A stretch of 64,000 nucleotides of DNA from Octopus vulgaris. Taxonomy: Eukaryota. The stretch covers positions 2,976,001-3,040,000 of the forward strand of contig OX597837.1 of the NCBI GenBank assembly GCA_951406725.2, in the 5' to 3' direction. The notes beneath the pieces are model-generated. The model searched no databases and was not told the DNA's origin. It worked only from the letters and a program-made list of their open reading frames with translations. Every line of letters begins with the position of its first letter. Position 1 is the stretch's first letter. This document shows, in pieces, positions 59,961-64,000 of this stretch. The position numbers were made by a program, and so were the translations under genes.

Positions 59961-61033
59961 TATTTCGATATAAGCATGTCTGTATATTTGGATCTTAGGG
60001 CTATATGCCGTGTTTGAGGAGACCTATTGAGTCAAGTACATCGACATCAAATGAAATCAAATGGAAATTATAGTTGCGGTCCCCGTGCCGTTGGCACGTA
60101 AATAGTACCCACTACACTCTCGGAGTGGTTGGCGTTAGGAAGGGCATCCAGCTGTAGAAACATTCCCAGATCAGACTGGAGTCTGGTGCAGCCTCCTGGC
60201 TTTCCAAACACCCTGTCGAACCGTCCAACCCATGCGAGCATGGAAAACACGGTCATTATACGATGATGATTATATATATATACACTTACTTGGAAAAGGA
60301 TGCGTGGCGTTCGATCATATAATAATATAAATAATATATAAATATATGCATATATACATACATATATGTACATACCTACATATATATGTATATATACATG
60401 CACATAAGAGTACAGGACATCAAAAGAACGTCGAAGACAGTGAGAAACGAAAACATAAAAACAAAAACATAGAAATCGAACTTTTTTTCGAACAACGAAA
60501 AAAAAACAGAGAAACGAGACATACAACATAAAGAATATTCCCCTTCATCAGTTGTCCCTGCTTCATCTACTCCGCTTTTTCGAAGGCAAGGACGATACGC
60601 GACTTCGTTGAAACAGCCCTTCCCGCAAAGCAAATTAAAATAAAATTTGGGATTTTTTGCGGAGGGTGAAAGTGGTAACAAGAACAGGACTGTGAGAAGA
60701 AAACTGTAAAAACAAACAGTGAGGGCTGTTAAGTCAAGACGATAGAAAAATTATTATGAACGGTAGGAAGACGAGCTTATAAAGGAGGCAGTATAAGCAC
60801 GTAAGATTATGCGGGATAAGTATCATAAGAACAAAGACAGCAACAACAACAACAAAAATAACAAGAATAAACCATGCTAAGGTGAGACCCTGTACATGGT
60901 CTCTTGATCTAAAGATAGCTGCTTAATCTCCCTCATACTGTTTAATATGGTTTTATGAATGATTGAAGGAAATATTAAGTAAGGTATTCTTAGGTCACCC
61001 CTGAACACACAGAATGATTGCAAATGTAAAAGC

Positions 61034-61195
61034 ACCAACACCACCACCACTACCACCACCACCAAGACCACAACCACAATCACCAACACGACCACTGCTG
61101 CGGCTGCCGTCACTGCCGCCACCGCCGCCACCACCACCACCACCATCACCACCACCACCACCACCACCACCACCACCACCACCGCCACCACCACC

Positions 61196-61227
<32 letters not shown>

Positions 61228-61728
61228 CAATAGCATCGTGGAGGCGCAATGGCCCAATGGTCAGGGCAGCGGACTCGCGGTCGGAGGATCGCGGTTTCGA
61301 TCCCCAGACCGGGCTACCGCCACTGCCGCCAAAACCACCGCCGCCGCCGCCGCCACCACCACCACCACCATCACTAACAACAACAACAACAACAACAGCA
61401 GCAGCAGCAGCGTGGAGGCGAAATGGCCCAATGGTCAGGGCAGCGGACTCGCGGTCGGAGGATCGCGGTTTCGATCCCCAGACCGGGCTACCGCCACTGC
61501 CGCCAAAACCACCGCCGCCGCCGCCACCACCACCACCATCACCACTAACAACAACAACAACAACAACAGCAGTAGCGTGGAGGCGAAATGGCCCAATGGT
61601 CAGGGCAGCGGACTCGCGGTCGGAGGATCGCGGTTTCGATCCCCAGACCGGACTGCCACCACTACCACCACCACTAACAACAACAACAACAACAACAACA
61701 GCAGCAAGCAGCAAGAGTAACAATAACT
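61034..61728 (+). repeat. Trinucleotide (CCA/CCG/AAC/CAG) array carrying three tandem tRNA-like SINE heads
   Basis: Near-identical ~75-bp heads start at 61238, 61412 and 61577. Confidence 0.9.
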
Positions 61729-61778
61729 CTTAATTTTCTATTTGCTAATTAGCAAAATATGGACGTGTATGACTTCTC

Positions 61779-61815
<37 letters not shown>

Positions 61816-62283
61816 CCTAGTGCGAACGATTGAATGTTCCGACTAATTGGAGAGGAGATTGGAGGCGTTATGTTCTGGCGATTGACAAAGAAATGTCATT
61901 TTCGAAAATAACTTTTGTTTGATTCCTTTCAATGATTGTTTTGTTGAAGAATTCTTTCTGATTATTTTTGTCTTCTTCTTTCTTTCTCGTTTCAGAATTC
62001 AGCTGTTAACAATTGTCTTTGACGCTAAATCACATTGAGTGACCAAACGTTATAGACAAAAGGAGAAAACAAATGAACGTTGTTAGCTAGCTACCACATT
62101 ACACTACACACTGTCTCTCTTCTTTTGTGTGTGTCTTGTGTGTGTATGTGTGTCTTGTGTGTCTTGCGTGTGAGTGTGTGTGCGCGCACAAACAAACATA
62201 TATATATACAAATGTATGTGTATGTATATGTTTGTCTTCATTTATCTGATATATATGTGTATATACATACATATACATAATAC

Positions 62284-62350
<67 letters not shown>

Positions 62351-62497
62351 CCACATACATACATACAGACACATATAAATACATGTATATATATATACAT
62401 AAATACATACACACACATATATATATATACATACATACATTATATATATATATACATATTTATATATGTATACTTATGTATATATATATTTATATAC

Positions 62498-62598
<101 letters not shown>

Positions 62599-62693
62599 GC
62601 TTTTACATGCCGAAATCTACTTGGTGAAATTAATGATTATTCCAAATTAATTAATTTCACCCTATATATATATATATATATATATACACATAC

Positions 62694-62724
<31 letters not shown>

Positions 62725-62726
62725 AC

Positions 62727-62774
<48 letters not shown>

Positions 62775-62805
62775 GTTATATGTAGATACACTCACATATA
62801 TACGT

Positions 62806-62853
<48 letters not shown>

Positions 62854-63004
62854 AAATAATCTCAAATAAAATAAAATAAATTAAGATATTTACTTTATTC
62901 TATTTTATTGTGTTTTTTTTAATGTTTCATTCCACTTCATTTCCCTGGAATATCTGAAGACTTTATATAAATAAACTAAAGAATAATTCCTTCATTTCTT
63001 CTAA

Positions 63005-63095
<91 letters not shown>

Positions 63096-63098
<3 letters not shown>

Positions 63099-63506
63099 TA
63101 GGTTTACTTTTTATAGCGTGCTTTCACTTCACTACCGAGCACAGCTCTGTGTGCCTTGGGTATGTGCTGTGATTTGTTGTGATACTCTGATGGTTATTGT
63201 ATGGAAAGTGTTCTGCGTAGGATGTGTGCAGTGCCTAGTAGTGCAATTTTCTGTATGCTATATGTGTTTGTAAGTCCTGGTGTTTTTGTTATGTATTTGT
63301 CTGAATATTTTTTTATCATGCCTAATGCACCTACTATGATAGGAATTGTTTCTGTTTTCAGATTCCACATTCTAGTTACCTCTATTTCCAGGTCTTTGTA
63401 TTTTGAGAGTTTCTCCATTTCTTTTAGAGACACGTTGTCATCTGCCGGTATTGATACATCAATTAGAAAGCATTTTTTTCTTCATGATCTCTGACAACTA
63501 TATCTG

Positions 63507-63507
<1 letters not shown>
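63096..63507 (-). mobile_element. 5'-truncated R4/Dong-clade non-LTR retrotransposon in (TAA)n
   Basis: Restriction-like endonuclease motif PDIVV...LIDVSIP...EKLSKYKDL...IPIIVGALG; (TTA)n on both flanks. Confidence 0.85.
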
Positions 63508-63557
<50 letters not shown>

Positions 63558-63808
63558 GTGAAGACGCATGGCTCAGAGGTTAGAGCGTAGAGGATACGAT
63601 CGTGAGGTTGTGAGTTCGATTCCCGGACCGGGCTGCGTGTTGTGTTCTTGAGCAAGACACTTTATTTCACGTTTCTCCAGTTAACCCAGCTGTAGAAATG
63701 AGTTGCGACATCACTGGTGCCAAGCTGTATCGGCTCCTTTGCCTTTCCCTTGGATAATATCAGTGGTAGGGAGAGGGGAAGCTGGCATGCATGGTCTCCC
63801 ACTCAGCA
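63558..63808 (+). mobile_element. tRNA-derived SINE
   Basis: A/B boxes (tggctcagagg; gagttcgattcc) and 'ttgagcaagacacttt' core; flanked by (TTA)n. Confidence 0.8.
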
Positions 63809-64000
63809 ATTATTATTATTATTATTATTGTTGTATATACTCACATATATTATCAGCTTCAGATCAAAGCTGTGCCCATACTACGGCACCACCGTTTTCC
63901 TACACTGTTATTATTGAGAGCCTCTTTGATATGTGGAATTTGCTGAATAAGGGAGTTTGATGTCGTTACCCTCATTTAAGCTTTCTGCCGTGGGGTGAGT

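Noticed and set aside
58835-60600. Permuted (type II) hammerheads at ~58835-58880 and ~60540-60590 (GAAAC...CUGANGAAGGGG on the minus strand)
   Set aside because: Core-like words are present but stem I does not pair convincingly and one copy lacks GAAAC. Not supportable without a family consensus.
61238-61651. Functional tRNA gene array or CRISPR-like array
   Set aside because: Units match the family D SINE head and lack a clean acceptor stem and terminator. Spacers are simple repeats, there are no cas genes, and the context is eukaryotic.
60877-61733. Pro-rich and Gly-rich ORFs of ~240 aa (formin- or extensin-like)
   Set aside because: Open in several frames on both strands because of trinucleotide repeats; the non-repetitive part is a SINE head.

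Overview
AT-rich, repeat-dense animal DNA. The SINE families, KRAB-less tandem C2H2 genes and microsatellite load point to a coleoid cephalopod, probably an octopus; this is inferred from sequence character, not from a search. Bases 1-46 kb hold a cluster of six C2H2 zinc-finger genes (three on -, then three on +). Each has one coding exon, and four have a predicted short non-coding first exon. Three of them lie in segmental duplications, one of which is inverted. They are interleaved with tRNA-derived SINEs, Merlin/hAT/piggyBac MITEs, a Merlin transposase relic and RTE/CR1/Tx1 LINE fragments. Bases 46-64 kb have no host genes: a decayed Penelope-like (RT + GIY-YIG) element, Helitrons, a mariner relic, an R4/Dong fragment in (TAA)n, and long microsatellites. 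The most unusual signals are: (i) at least seven short 'fold-back arm + 3' tail' insertions, three with target-site duplications (TSDs), two of which share a covarying seven-stem RNA fold; (ii) minimal hammerhead ribozyme motifs in or near such elements; (iii) a SINE whose 3' end is repeatedly joined to the same internal position, as if copied from a circular or multimeric RNA. All alignments and folds were read by eye, so coordinates of degenerate elements are approximate.
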